From Octopus vulgaris (lineage: Eukaryota): 64,000 bases of DNA. The stretch's first letter is position 1. Every line of letters begins with the position of its first letter. Shown here in pieces: positions 39,642-54,107 of this stretch. The notes beneath the pieces are model-generated. The model was given only the letters and a program-made list of their open reading frames with translations, searched no databases and was not told the origin of the DNA. Where the stretch lies: NCBI GenBank assembly GCA_951406725.2, contig OX597823.1:89094001-89158000 (forward strand), written 5' to 3'. The translations under genes and the position numbers were made by a program.

Positions 39642-39643
39642 TA

Positions 39644-39875
39644 GGCGGCGAGCTGGCAGAAACGTTAGCACGCCGGGCGAAATGATCAACGATATTTCGT
39701 CTGCCGTTACGTTCTGAGTTCAAATTCCGCCGAGGTCGACTTTGCCTTTCATCCTTTCGGGGTCGATAAATCAAGTACCAGTTACGCAGTGGGGTCGATA
39801 TAATCGACTTAATCCCTTTGTCTGTCCTTGTTTATTCCCTCTGTGTGTAGCCCCTGCTGGGTAGTAAAGAAATAG
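39644..39875 (+). mobile_element. Best-preserved SINE family A copy (a partial copy follows to ~40000)
   Basis: A-box-like gagctggcagaa and B box gagttcaaattcc. Central gcctttcatcctttcggggtcgataaatcaagtacc resembles the Meta-SINE domain. Confidence 0.92.
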
Positions 39876-42379
39876 GTATTTCGTTTGTCTTTACGTTCTG
39901 AGTTTGCCTTTCACCTTTTTGGGGTTGATAAATTATGTACCAGTGAAACATTGAGGTCGATGTAATCGTCTTACCCCATGCCCGCCTCGAAATTTGAAAT
40001 CATTATTGTTCTTCTACGGCGAGTGGGCAGAACTGTTAGATCACTTCAAAATAATTGATATCGTAGATCTAGGGGCTCTATACACTCACACACACAGACA
40101 CACAGATAGATAGACAGATAGATAGATAAATAGATAGATATACATATATATACATACATGCATATATATGTATGTATGCGTGTATGTATGTTTATACATG
40201 TATGTATATGTATAAATACATGCGTGTAAGAGCACGCGCGTTTGTGGCCTTTTCATGATAAAATCACCAATTTCATTATCAGTATCATCATATCAACAAC
40301 TGCATGTCAACAAAACATTTCATTGTTGATCAAACTGTAGGAAATAACACTTACTGCTCCCTTCCTTAAATTTGCATGTTATCTCTTTAAACAAAATCTC
40401 TCAGTATTGCCTAATGTGTGTGTGTGTGTGTGTGTGTGTAACGCTGCTGTGTTTATGCCTTAACTTACCTTCATTGTAGATCTGTTTGATTAGGGTTGGT
40501 CTGTGATCAAGCTATAAGACCAAGTACGGAGTCACCTCATAGCCAGTCACAACAAAAGCTGCCGGAATCAATTTCACGTCATTTATACTAGTTATATCTC
40601 CAGAATATGTATGAGTGTCATAAATATGTTGCAGTTTTCTTAGTCCAAAAGAATCCTGTTTCTCATGCAAATGAATTACTAACTAACTATAACAAGGGAC
40701 CGTGTTTAAAGGTATTTAAAGTCAGCTCTCTACACACTGAATCCAAATCAGTAATTTCGCGTCTATGAATGTGGGGATTTTAATTCCATCGCTATATTCA
40801 ACCTCTCCAACTTCTTTCCAGAGATTCTTGTATAGCACTATATTTACGAAAACAAGTTAGGGAATGCATTGATTAAACGTGGTCCAAGATATCCCTTAAA
40901 CATGCAGTATACAACACTTGAGCTAAATTTCCATGAGGAAGGTTACCACCTACAAAGAATCAATATGGATAAATGTTTACTCTGACTAATAAAGCTAGTC
41001 CCTCTTACAGTCTCTGTTCACTGGCCTCAAGGTACCTCTCGAGTGCATGTGCATTCACTCACTCGCTTTTCATAAAATTACTGTGGGTTAGTTTGAACGA
41101 GTTGACGCACAGCCAGAACACAATCGCTCTTCATATAAACTAGATAAAGGAAAACTGAACTTCTCGGCAAAGGAAACGGGCGGTGGTTATCTTCACAACG
41201 GACTCGGCTGAAAACTACATTTAATTATAATACGCTTGCTAACCATAATTTTGCAAATATGCTTTCGTCTTCCACTCTGCAGCAACTTAGCGAAACCCAA
41301 CAATAACAGTTAAGAGAAACTGAAATTCCGGTCAACATTTTATGTGTGAACTAAATGTAATTAGCAGTTGAAAGCAACTGTCTTCTTTATAGAAGCTCTT
41401 CAACGGTCTTAATTAGAAACTTCTTACGACGAATCTTCTGACTCTCTTCAGGGAGAAATGATGTGGCGAATGAAGAGTTTTTCACCTATGTGAGTGTGTT
41501 TTGCTAGTCTTAGGGAAATACTGGGAGTTTCTGTTGGTTGTTATGGTTATTATGCGGGTTCAGTCGAGGCTATTTTCGGGACTCACGTCGTTATAATTGC
41601 TGCTATTGTTGGAGATAGTGACTCGTGACTCTGTCGTTGCTGTTGTTGCAATTGCTGTCATGACTGCGTGATCAATGCTTCAGCTGGATGCTAACCGGTA
41701 ACAACAACAAAACAACAATAACTAAAACTGTGGAAGGCGGGGGGGGGTCTACTAAAAAAATAGAAATCATTGTTAGTACTGTCGTATCACTGACTAGACT
41801 AGCGTGATTTTTGATTCACTTTCGTCATATACTTGGAATTGAAAATCTTAATTTCAAGTACAACTTTGTTCTACAGAAGTTATACTTCAAAGAACAAAAC
41901 AACCGTCTTTTAACATGAATATTATGACATTTCAGCTAAGGAAAGCCAAAAATATCGACCAAAATTATATACCAACAGAGAAGTTTGAAGAAATCTGTTA
42001 ACTTTAGGAAATATTGTAGTGACTAATAATTATTGAATATAAATGTAATTGTCTTTACAGAGAAGCAGTCGAGCGAAATGTTGGAACATTCGAAGATCTT
42101 TCTACGTGGTCATCTTTAATATAATAAATTTTATAGAAATTATGCTAAGTTAGCAAATTTTTCTAAAAGTATTATTTTACTGTAATGATAAAAAGCCCAA
42201 ATGTTTGCTTTAAATATAGATATTATAGATTCACTATATATGATAGTGTTAGTCTATAACATTGTACGTCATATTTAATAGCGCTAACCTTGTAAAAGTC
42301 GTGATATATATCATATGAGGGTCTATGGAAATGGTAAAGCTCCGAATAAAATGGTTCGTATTATTTAGATTCAATAAGA

Positions 42380-42980
42380 AGGCGGCGAGCTAACATAATC
42401 ATTAAAGAGTGAGAAGAAATTCTTTTCATGATTGGTTCCGGCTCTTTCCGTTCTAAGTTCAAATCCCGCTGAGAACAGCTCGTCCTTTCGTTCCTTCGAG
42501 ATCTATACAATAAAGCGTTATTCCAGTACTAGCATCGATGTAATCGACTAATTGTCTCTTCCTAAAATAGCTAAACATGTATCAAAATGCTTTACTGCAT
42601 TTTTTCCGGGTCTTTACATTCAGAATTCGAATATCGTTGTGGCCAACTTTACATTTCATTCTCCCTTGCCAAATAAATGAATCACCTTTCTGTGATCGAA
42701 GGTATCGACTACACCAACATCCTCAAAATTCTTGGCTTTGCACCTAAATGAGAAACCATTATTTAATTTCATCACGGCGGCGATTGTTAGAGCGTGGGGC
42801 AAAGACTTTAAGGCATTTGTTCGTCCTCTTTACGTTCTGACTTCAAAGCTAGCGAAGGGCATCTTTGCTTTAATTTATCTATGATCAAATGAATAAAATA
42901 TTAGTCAAGTACTGTGATCGATGTATTTAAGTAACATTCGCCTGACAAAATTTGCTAGTCTTACACCGAAATTTGAAACT
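42380..42980 (+). mobile_element. Three consecutive old SINE family A copies
   Basis: ggcggcgagct...agttcaaatcccgctgag at 42380, with further decayed heads and cores at ~42590 and ~42775. Confidence 0.7.
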
Positions 42981-43910
42981 ATGTTGTAAGAAACATTTAC
43001 ATGCCATTGATTTTTGTTCCTTAATCCAGTGATGTCGATGTACCAAGTACCAGTCATATGCCTGGACTCAGTGGTCATGTGACAAAAAGTAACAGTTCTT
43101 ATCCATATAATGGTGAAGTAGCAGAAACGTCAATAGCCAGTGCTATTCAATTACTTCTTTGTATGTATAATCGTTCTTTGTATATAATAATCCCACTTGA
43201 TATGACTTGACTATTATCTTATGGTTATTGATTTATTCCCACCTTGAAATTCTCTTAAACATTTCGGAACAAAATCTCAATTTTGAGATATCAATTCAGA
43301 AATGTCTAAGATGAGTTATTTATAAGATTATAGATTTTATAGATTTATTATTAGATACGCCACGATTTTCGATTGCTATTACATTTTGTACTACTATATA
43401 TATATATATATAGTAACCTTCAGACTTTAATATGCTAGACCACTGGTTTTAAATTGATATTAATTAAATTTAATATTCAATTTTTACCCTTATTATTTTA
43501 AATATAAATTTAAATAACTATGTTCTCTAACCGGTAAAATTTACTGCAAGGAATTATTTTCTGCAGAATTATTCCCGGTATTTTAGCGCGCCGAAACGAG
43601 GACTTTCGAAAGATAACCCCAATCGTAATTGGTAGAACTTTATGCATGTTCGATCTCATGCGGACGTCTCGTGTATAGTTATGCAAATTTTATTTGCAAT
43701 GACGATCGTACCGAAGAGCTACGGACAATTGCGTAACTGCTGATAGCGGAACATGTCTATGATTAATCTATAGCTTTGTTTCTTTTCATTTATCTTGCTC
43801 GCTTACGTTCTGGCGTTTGCTAAATTCTCTTGAGAACACTCCTTTCTTAGTGGTAAGACCATAACAGATCTATTTCTAGCATAAAGGTTGTCCACGTAGT
43901 GGTCATCCCT

Positions 43911-43960
<50 letters not shown>

Positions 43961-46900
43961 TATATACATTGTATTACACAGGATTGTGTCACGGAACACT
44001 TATTTCTAAATTAAAGAATCATATCTGTGTGAATCCGAGAGGCTACTGATGCAAGTACAGTGAATGGTGCCGTGCAATCATTCCAAAACTAACAAATAAC
44101 ATTTCCACCAAAAGAAAAAGGGAACTCTGCTCCGTATGAGCAAGAAGACCAAACAGTCTTTGCATCCATATAATAATTTATTTCTTTGCTATAGTTTTGG
44201 ACAACTTGAAATAGTAAAAAAAAAACCTATTTAACGTTATTAAAAAGCAGAATGAATCCATTTTATTTTCAAACTTCATATCCGCCTCACTCGTGAGGAA
44301 CAAGAATCAAGGGAATCTGTATTGTGGATTCTCTAGAGTTAATATGAAGTAAATAACTCAAAATCGTATCATATTGTTTTGCTGAGTTAGTATGTCTTAT
44401 AACCATCGGTCACCAATCCTCGTTCAATATCTGTTCATTCAATATCTGTTCATTTCAATCATTTCTCCTCGGGTATGAATATAAAATGGTTCATTATTCA
44501 AAAGAGAAAGAGAAATGCTCATATGGGAGAAACAGAATATTTTCCAGATACTAAACACGAAAATGAATTATGCAAAGGGTACCCAAGAGCAATTCACTAT
44601 TACATCTTCGTCTCTCGACGTTGGTTTTGAAAACATCGGGGTTTCTTATTTTCTTCTCGTTCTTATCGTCATGTACCTTTTCTAATAATTATCGCGTCTC
44701 CTTCTTTCCGTAGGAATTCCCTCTCTCTATTTATTTTGCGTCAGTTGTTCGCATCTCATTCCTCCCGCACAAAACATTCTGCTCTAAGCTTTGAGTTTGA
44801 GTCAATTTTTGCGTTTGATGATTTTGTTTTTAATGATATATTCAAAAGATAAAGAGAAATGGTCATATACTCCGTTGCCAATGAGGGGAGGAATAGATTT
44901 CTATTCAAATATTTTCTCCAAACTGAATTATGTAAGGGCAAATTAACGGAATTAAACTAGGAGACGGCTAATTATTATAATGCATACAAAGCAGATGCAT
45001 CCAATCCGGCAGACACCAGCACAGTTTCTGTCTGCTTAATTTTGCTCATAATACAAAAGTTGTCTGTCAAGTATATAGTACAAGATACATCTCCTAGTTG
45101 CTATAGATCAGAATCAAATTTGGAACGAAGAGGTTGTGATGTGAAGTTCTTATCAGACATAATCTGATGCCTACCCTAAAGTTTGTCTTTTATTCAATCA
45201 ACAGCATATATGGAGTATACTGTTAATTAATCAATATAGCGCCACTATATATGTTCCATCTAACAACTTTAAAATTCTCAAATTATATTTTTTAATCCAC
45301 ATTTTATTGTTTTTTTAGGGATTTGTTTTGTAACTCAAACCCGTCACAAACCTCAGAACAAACACTAAACGGGAGTTTGTATAGTTGATCTCATATCTAA
45401 AATCCCGTTACTAATCTACCTTTTATATTCCAAATAATTTGTTTTAAGCCACTTGAATCTAATCGTTTATAGTGACATTGTTATCTTATTTCTTAAAACT
45501 TCCAAAATATTTCTATTAATCATACAATACAAAGGAAAGAAAATAAATAAACCCACAGAGGAAACACAGCAAACACATTCATACGGAGAATAATACGATA
45601 CTCATATAGATATATATATGTGTGTGTGTGTGTGTGCGTGTGTATACATACACACGCATAGACATACATAAAATAAAACGCAGCCACATTTATACTAAAG
45701 CTATTCAATAGAATTTACAATCAGCTAGCAAGAGTAAATATTTTTTAACATTCTAAGCCTAGTAATGCAATCTCTTTTCAGTGCAGTATAAACTGAAAAT
45801 AGAATAAGAGTCGAATATTTTTCTTAAGCTAAACATCTCAACATTTTTTTTTCTTAAGCTAAACATATATAACTTTGAAGAGTTTTTATTTTTAATTTTT
45901 ATTATGATAGGTTTTGTTTTTTGTGCTTACCTTTTATTTTTCCGTTTATTTATTTACATTTTCTTTATTTATTTTTTCGTTAGAACACAGACGAACGATA
46001 ATCTTCAGGAATATAAATATTTACAAATAACAGTAAAAGACTATGTTCCAGCAGCTAACGAGGGAAACTCTATGACGCTAATCGTTCTGCTAGAAATAAC
46101 AGCTAAATATGACCAACTCCTAAATCTATTATCTTAAAAGTAAGAACAAAATTTCTTTTACGTAATGTATTGCTGGAAATAATGTATATCAAAAAATAAA
46201 TGGGAATGTTCACAACTTGACCGTAGATCTAATTAACCGGGTATGACCTGAAATTTTCATTATAGTTTAGTTCCAGATCGACACTGACCAGCTGGAACTG
46301 TTGTCTAAAGGTGAAAACAAATTACCCATGAAACCATATCGTCTTCTCCCTAGGACCTTATTATCCAATTCCTTTACCGTATTTTTTCTAAGATGACGAT
46401 ATTTGAGGAAGATAAGTCTACTAATTTAAGGGTCTTATCTTTTCATCAGTGTATCTGTAAACTAGGTCATGTGACTACTAACTCTTGGATCTGTTTCTAC
46501 AGAAATATCGAAATTGTCTCACGTTCCCAAGCTGCTCAAATTTTGTGACAGTAATAAAGTTACTCTCATATTTCCTTCAATAATTTTAGAATGATGTAGA
46601 TAGTTCTGAACAATGACGAGTCTCACTCCTTTCTCGAAGTCGAGTTGCACAATTCCTATAGTATCTGAGCTAAGAGAAACTGATTTAACCCCCAAACACC
46701 AGTAGCTCACCTATGAAAGAGTTCAGACAAATGCAATTCTAGAAGGCCTTCGACTCAATAAATCAGAATGTGTGTGCCTCTCATCTGCTCGATCATTTTA
46801 AATAGATATTTTTTTTAACTATTCATACATTGATAGGCAAATATACACACTGATTGATTGGCGCGTGTAAACTTTATCTTATATTCCATCAACTCAAGAA

Positions 46901-47032
46901 TATAGCGATACATGGTTATGTATTTGAAGTTCTTTGTCCTCCATGACGTTTTGCACACAAGTGAGTTGCAAAAGGACTAGGCAGCTACAGTAAAGCAGGA
47001 CTCTAAAAAACAGACTCAACCCACTCACATGC

Positions 47033-47070
<38 letters not shown>

Positions 47071-47104
47071 TGTTTTAGAGTCCTGCTTTACTGTATCTGC
47101 CTAG

Positions 47105-47480
47105 TTCTAATAACTTTAAAAAATACTCGTCGACAGACACTACTCAACTTCGCTTATAGATGATGGCATAAAACGTGCAAAAAGAATTGATATACAGACA
47201 CTATGAAAGTCAAACAAAACAACATATCCAATCCAAAAATATTACTTTATATTTCCACATACAATCCCAGAAACAACGAAGTATATAACACTATTTATCC
47301 AAAGCATTTCAATACTACATAAGGACCCTAAACTGTATGAAATTTAACGCATCCATGGAACTCTTTAAAGCAACAAACAGCTAAATCCTCTAAATCGGAT
47401 GCTCGTAAAATCTCTCGCCGTCTGCTAAAGAAAATACGTAGTAAATGATCCGCACCCTAAGATTGTTTCAATTGCCAAAA
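47105..47480 (+). pseudogene. Penelope-like element fragment (RT thumb/linker)
   Basis: HYSTSLIDDGIKRAKRIDIQTL, LLYISTYNPRNNEVYNTI, SISILHKDPKLYEI and SNKQLNPLNRMLVKS, resembling PLE YP..LI...I..A, PFISTYNP and KRQP.NL..LL. Confidence 0.75.
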
Positions 47481-47682
47481 GGTTTGCAAAGCATTAGCAG
47501 GCCTCAAGAGACACAATCGTGTCCAGAGAACATGATCAACGCTTTATTTCACTGAACTTTCTTTTGTCGTTCAAGACAAGAGAATCCAACATCATATGTA
47601 TACATATATGCATACGTACATACATGCATATATACGTACGTACATACATACATGCATACATATATACATACATGCATATATA

Positions 47683-47718
<36 letters not shown>

Positions 47719-47754
47719 CATACATACATACATACATACATGCATACATACATT

Positions 47755-48000
47755 TTGTTAGTAAATTCTTAAAGGAGAATCTGAATAAACTGGAATTTTC
47801 AGAAAGAGAAATCGACCGGCTACTTCATACAGTACAATTGCAATCAGTGAGCGGAAGAGTAAAAATATGTAAGACATTTCTCAAGTTCCAAATGTGAATT
47901 TGTCTGTGTTGACTACATCCAAAATATGGAGCTTTGTATCTTTGTTGGAAACCGGCTCCCTCCTCAGTGGAAGAGTTATAATAATTAAAAAATAGAAGAG
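47755..48000 (+). mobile_element. 3' end of an RLE-type (R4-like) LINE inserted in (CATA)n
   Basis: VSKFLKENLNKLEFSEREIDRLLHTVQLQSVSGRVKICKTFLKFQM* plus a ~100-nt UTR; (CATA)n on both sides. Confidence 0.7.
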
Positions 48001-48169
48001 GCACATACATGCATGCATGCATACATACATACATACATACATACATACATACATACATACATACATACATACATACATAGTTACAACATTTTCAAAGGAC
48101 TTATGTTAGCGTTTGGTCAGCATAATTGTTGTTATCTGGTTGTGTAAAAGGGAAAAACTATAAGCCAGA

Positions 48170-48545
48170 TTAGTAACATCTCCATCAATGATTTGATTGT
48201 TTCCTCTGTATCGGATAAGGAACGTTACAGGTCTCTAAGATGAAAACATATCTTGCAATGGCGCCTGCAGCAAAAACACGTGTCACTAAAGAATATCGCA
48301 GCCGAATAAAGAATGCCCACAGAATCCGCACGACTTTACCGCAACGTATCATCAGATGAAGGGATGAGCCTACATGAGCAGAAGATTATGAATGGATATG
48401 TTAGTAGAAAGCATCTTGATGATAGTAACATCGATCATCAAAGCAGTTTATCATGAACGAATAGCCGGATTACTACCGCCAATTTGAATGGTATGCGTTT
48501 GCAATCCAGGAACAGGAAATATTAACCAAGTACCTGATGCACAAA
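48170..48545 (+). pseudogene. Decayed R4-like LINE RT C-terminal fragment
   Basis: ERYRSL..DENISCNG....RVTKEYRSRIK (~YKYLGIDENI.Y.G..NK.RV.KEY..R). Confidence 0.55.
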
Positions 48546-50455
48546 AGGGATCTGAATGTTATCCAATAGCTTTACGATTCTACCAGTTCACCTTCTTTAG
48601 GCACAAAACAACAATTTAAGAGGTTAGTTGACCCACTACTTGATTGGAATTATTTTATCAACCCTAGAAGATGACAGGAAAAGTTGACCTCAGCTGTATT
48701 TTGAACTCCGAATGTAAAAATCTGCTAAGCAATTTCCCCGACGCATTAACAATTCTGCCATCTTGCTTCTTTAACTAAGTTATTCTACATCACTAGAATA
48801 TACGGTATATATGAACATATATTTGTCCAATTAGCTATGAAATTTGACATATTTCAAACACTATGTTTTATTAGATTTCTCCATACAGCAATGTCAAATG
48901 GTATCCATTTAAATGCTCTCCATTATCATTGTGTGTCTACGTTTCCTTGATATATGTACTTTGTAGGAGGTCAACAACTTATCAAGGCTGAAGAATTTCA
49001 AACAAATTGTTCATTAGATCTTTCCATAAAACTTCAATGCAATAATGTATCATCTTGGCTACTGAAAATCAATAATTTCTATTTCTTTATATTTTCTGTA
49101 TATTTTGAATATATATCTGTAAATAGAATATATAAAAATATCTTTATTTGTTATAACATGAGTTTCTATCCTAAATTCGCATTCAGGCAACTTCATTATC
49201 GGACAATAATAAAAAAAAAAATGGAACTAAATTTTGACACAGCGCCAGCAATTTTAGAGGTGGTGTTTAGTTAATTGCATTGCTTAACTGGCACTTATTT
49301 CATTGACCTGGAAAGGGTAAAAGGCAAAGTCAGCAGAATTTCAACTGTGAATTGCCCGATACAAATATACGAATAAATTCTGAAAGTAAATTATTAGGAT
49401 ACAAATATACGAAGCTCAATATATCCATCATGACAATCAGTCTGGTAAGGATACTCCAGGCACATACATCACAACGATATGCGCACTACATCATGACCTT
49501 ATATCAAAATAAACAGCACATGACCTTGCTGATGGGGCGCAGATAGAATTGTTTTTCAGGTGAAGTATCCCATCCTCTTCAAAAGGTCCTTGAATAGCGG
49601 TTCTCTAAGAATGACGATCGAAGCACCCATGCTTTCGGGAGTGAATTATTCAAGCCCCAATTAATTCCTCCCTACACATGGATATGATGCTCCCCCAGTA
49701 CTTCTGTTCGTGATTAGAAATACACACATCATTAGCCACTAACTGGTTAAGGCCAAGCAACTGACAAACAAATTTACAGTACTGAGCAAAATAATTGCTG
49801 TAGCCCATCTTTTACGCCAAGACAAAACGTACATGTTAACACTTCTAAGCAGAAAGGTTCATAAGTTATGAGAGCCACTGCTTGGGTTTGCATCAAAGCA
49901 TTGTTGTTCTTGGTGTTGTTCTTCATACAGAGAGAAACACTACATTTATTACAACACAGAATCATCCTGTTTTATGAGAAATTGTGCCATAAAACTATCC
50001 TCTATATAACGGGTTTCTTTGATACCCTTTTACATAGCCAATGAACGAAATATGCTTGTGCTTAGGGTTGCTTATGCAGAATACTAACTGTCGGATAAAA
50101 ATCCGATTGAAACTTGTCCTAATGTCTCAAATTTATGTCGCCGTTGGATCGATCAAGACGAAAAAAGAAATCACATACGAGGTCGTCATATCTGCTAGAT
50201 ACAGCAGCGAAATTGCATCAAGCCCATGTCTGCCGTATTAAACAACAGAAAAATCCTATTGGAGGATACAGATTAGATGCCCATACATAATTAGAGAGAG
50301 AGAGAAAGGGGAGGGTAAGAGAATCAGACAGAAAAACAGATAGAAATGTGGATAGTTGGATTGAAAATACATGCACATATACATACGTGTGTGTGCGCAT
50401 ATGTTCGTGTGAGTTTGTGTGTGTTTGTATGTGTGTGTGTATACTGTTGAGTGCA

Positions 50456-50563
<108 letters not shown>

Positions 50564-51060
50564 TTATATTGCTATGGATATACATACATATATTGTCATA
50601 TTAGTACATATATTGTCATATTAGTACATATATATGTATATATACACACATAAATATATATATATATATTTATATATTTATACACACATACACATATATA
50701 TATACACACACACAAAGATATGTCTATAAATCCACACACGCGCACACACATAAATACAAACATACGCACGTATGTTTATATATTCAGGCAAAGTAGATAA
50801 ACCTGTAATGTATTTGTGTGTGCAGATGTGTGTCGTGGTGGTGGTGGGGGGCGTGTGAGTGCATATGTATAGACAGCGATGGGTAATGAGATAGATAGAC
50901 AGACAGATGGACGGACAGATAGGTAGATAGATATATAGAGAGAAAGAGCGAGAGAGAGAGAGAGAGTAAATGATTAAATATGGCTTTCTTGCAAGTGGTT
51001 TAATTTTCCATTCGTACATACTCTAGCCTACAGTTATTTTAGCAAACATTGATATATTTA

Positions 51061-51130
<70 letters not shown>
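51061..51130. repeat. (TAG)n microsatellite followed by a GTG/GTT-rich tract
   Basis: Direct reading. Confidence 0.97.
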
Positions 51131-51132
<2 letters not shown>

Positions 51133-51827
51133 CGGTGGTGGTGGTGATGGTGGTGGTGGGTGTGTTGTTAGTGATGGTGGTTAAAGTCGTAGTAGTGGTG
51201 GTGTTGTCTGTAGCTGCAGTAGTAGTAGTGTTAGCAATAGTTTTATTGTTGTTGTTGGGTAATATAAGTATTATTATTGTGAAAGTAAAAGAAAAAAAAT
51301 ATATCCGTCATACGTATTCTTGTCGTTATTCAATTTATTTTGAATTTGTAACAAATATATATTCAATTTGCTTCTATTGTAATTTTATCTCTTCCAATGA
51401 ATTGTGTAGTTTGTATGTAATTGCCAACATATATCTGTACAAACATACATATCTGTTTTGTATGTGTATGTAATTCTTTATATTTGTGTATGATTGTTTA
51501 GTCTGTTCTCTAATAATTTTTGTGTGTTTTTCTTCGGTTTTTCTTCGTTCGTGTCCCATCCTTTTCAATCACAGATGAATATAAGATTTTATTGAAAACA
51601 CACTTAAACAAACTGAATTTTGCAATCATTGTCTCGGCGAATTTAAGTAGCAACATGGAGTGCATTTTTAATAATAGGAATCCAATTTAGATACATTTCG
51701 AGGCGAGCTTTACGTATACCTGTGAGTGTGCGTTTCTGTGTCTTTCCGCGTGTGTATGCGGAGGGGGGTATGTAAGCATGTGTATGTATATACCACTATA
51801 TACGTATTCACTTTTATATACATACAT

Positions 51828-51858
<31 letters not shown>

Positions 51859-54073
51859 CTCTGAGGACATATATAAATATATGCATTTGAAGATTAATGT
51901 ATAAATATTTATGCTTATACATACCCACCCCTATATATATATATATGTTTTATGTATGTATATATGCCTTGTATGAATAGATATATACATTTTTATTTAA
52001 CCATATATATATATATAATATATAATGTATATACCCACATAAATATATGTCTACAGATATGTGTGTTTATGTATATCATATATATATATAATATACATTT
52101 ATATACATTTATATATATATATATATATATACATATATAAGTATACAAGCACGCACGCACACCACACACACACACTCTCTCTCTCTCACACACACACACA
52201 AACATGCACACATATACACACAGTCATACTTATTGGAAAAAGCTCAGTGATTCATATCCTTGTTGCTCAGAAATCCTCACTCATGAAGTAAACATTGATT
52301 GTACAAGCTATGTACAGAGAATATCACTCTAGCTGTAAATATAACGGTAGGCCGATTCTCATTGGTCGTTGAGAACCACATTGTTGAATCTGATTCAGCT
52401 GATTCAGGCTTACCCGGATGAAACTATATTTTTATTTAAAGAAAGACTACCTTTTCGGGACCTGTGAACATTAGACTGAATAATTCTTCGGAGCTCCTCA
52501 GAAGTAGAGTATGTCTTGTCAGAGTATCCAGAATTTTTCTGCTTATAAAACCAGAAATGTTTTCATTCCTTAAAAGAAGGCGTTTATTTATCAAAGATAG
52601 TCTGAGCATCTAGAATATATTCAGTTCCTTGTTCATTAAGTTTCCGGGCAAATGGGAGAAGATACCTTTCAAAAACCCACAGTCACCTTTGGGCAGGGTA
52701 CATTTTCTGATGCAATCAATTACAACAGCTGCTGCAGCTCTGTTGGCTTTATGGTGTTTTAATGTTTTTTGTCGTAGGATTTCACAGTGAGGATATTAGC
52801 AATTAAAGATTATATGTGATGTTGCATTTAGAAGATTTAGAAAGTATTTGATAGCAATATTTGAAGTATTTTATGGAATATGATTATTAACAATAATTAA
52901 CGTCTACCAACTAACAAGAAATAACAATATATTTACGAAGAAGCAAATCCTACCATTAGGGCACGCAAAATCGGGCGTTCTATACATCTACAGAAATTCT
53001 GCTATTCCAGTTATAACTAGGAAACATGTAGCTGATATAAATAGGCTTGTCTCTGGTATATACGCGTTAAGTGGGGCAATCGTAACAGAGTTGCGCCAAT
53101 ATAGCAAAAAGAAGCGGATTCAACAAGGACATAGGATAAATGGAGAAACAACCCCAGCACTACTGCCGCACACCAGAGATGAAACAGAACTACGTATATA
53201 ATCTAGTTTGATACACAGTATAGCTCATATGTTAGCACGAGCAGAGCCAGAAATTTTGAAGATCAAGTAAAACAAACACTTCCAACCGACACACTTATAC
53301 GATACACATAACAACAACACCATAGTAAAGTAAGTTATTCTCATGTGGACACCATCACATTCTACATAACGCTAAAACTGAAACTACTCCCAAACAGTCA
53401 GTAACTCAGCAGACAACTTGTAACCGTCGAAATCATTCTATTTCTCCATCGAGGGGATACATCCGTACCAAAGATGTTGTATATTGAGTATTCATAACAG
53501 CTGTGGATACATTGAAGGAAACAAAACGAGAATTACTGCAAGCTATTTCAATCTCCATTGCTACAAACAACTCTGCGCGTTTAAAACAGGAACAAATGAA
53601 AACTACATATCTGTTCTTTCTTAGGAAACTTGGGTGATTTGAACGCCTTCCATAACTTCGTCTGTATGTCACTCTATAATTCAAGTGTTCATAAAAGAGA
53701 AGCATCGGATAAATGATCTGTCCCATAGCTGAAACCAAACGACCATATCTCTTAACCGGATGACCAGGGATATTTTATAACAGCTGCCATCAAAGCTGGT
53801 TTCTTCTAAATAGTTTTCAGATAACTGAAAACACCATTGTCACCACAGAAAATGATAAAGTATGATTTTAGGGGATAACAGGTAGATTGTCCTAGATTTC
53901 TTGATGAGGAAATCTTCTCTTTCTAAACTGCAAAAATCTAGTGCCTAATGTATTTGACTGTGTCCATCATCAGTACGTGTAAGTCCGTTTGGATGTAGGA
54001 AGTTGTCTGTTTATCACTGCATGTTTGTATGTATACATGAGTGTTTTGGATAAGTAGACATATATACACACTA

Positions 54074-54107
<34 letters not shown>

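Noticed and set aside
40500-41400. Faint minus-strand PLE-RT-like peptides; also GIY-like SGIYAL at ~53050
   Set aside because: Too degraded to call by eye; needs a translated HMM search.
41405-41455. Minus-strand CTGAAGA-GAGTC-agaa-GATTC hairpin
   Set aside because: Followed by GTCG rather than GAAA, so there is no hammerhead core.
51575-51721. 147-nt segment between a good acceptor (ccttttcaatcacag) and a donor (gtgagt) on the plus strand
   Set aside because: All three frames contain stops and no partner exons are evident. It could be a UTR exon but cannot be supported.
53433-53830. 101-aa minus-strand ORF, plus SFDGSCYKI (C-type-lectin-like) in another frame
   Set aside because: No further lectin cysteine/tryptophan pattern, no splice context and no recognisable domain.
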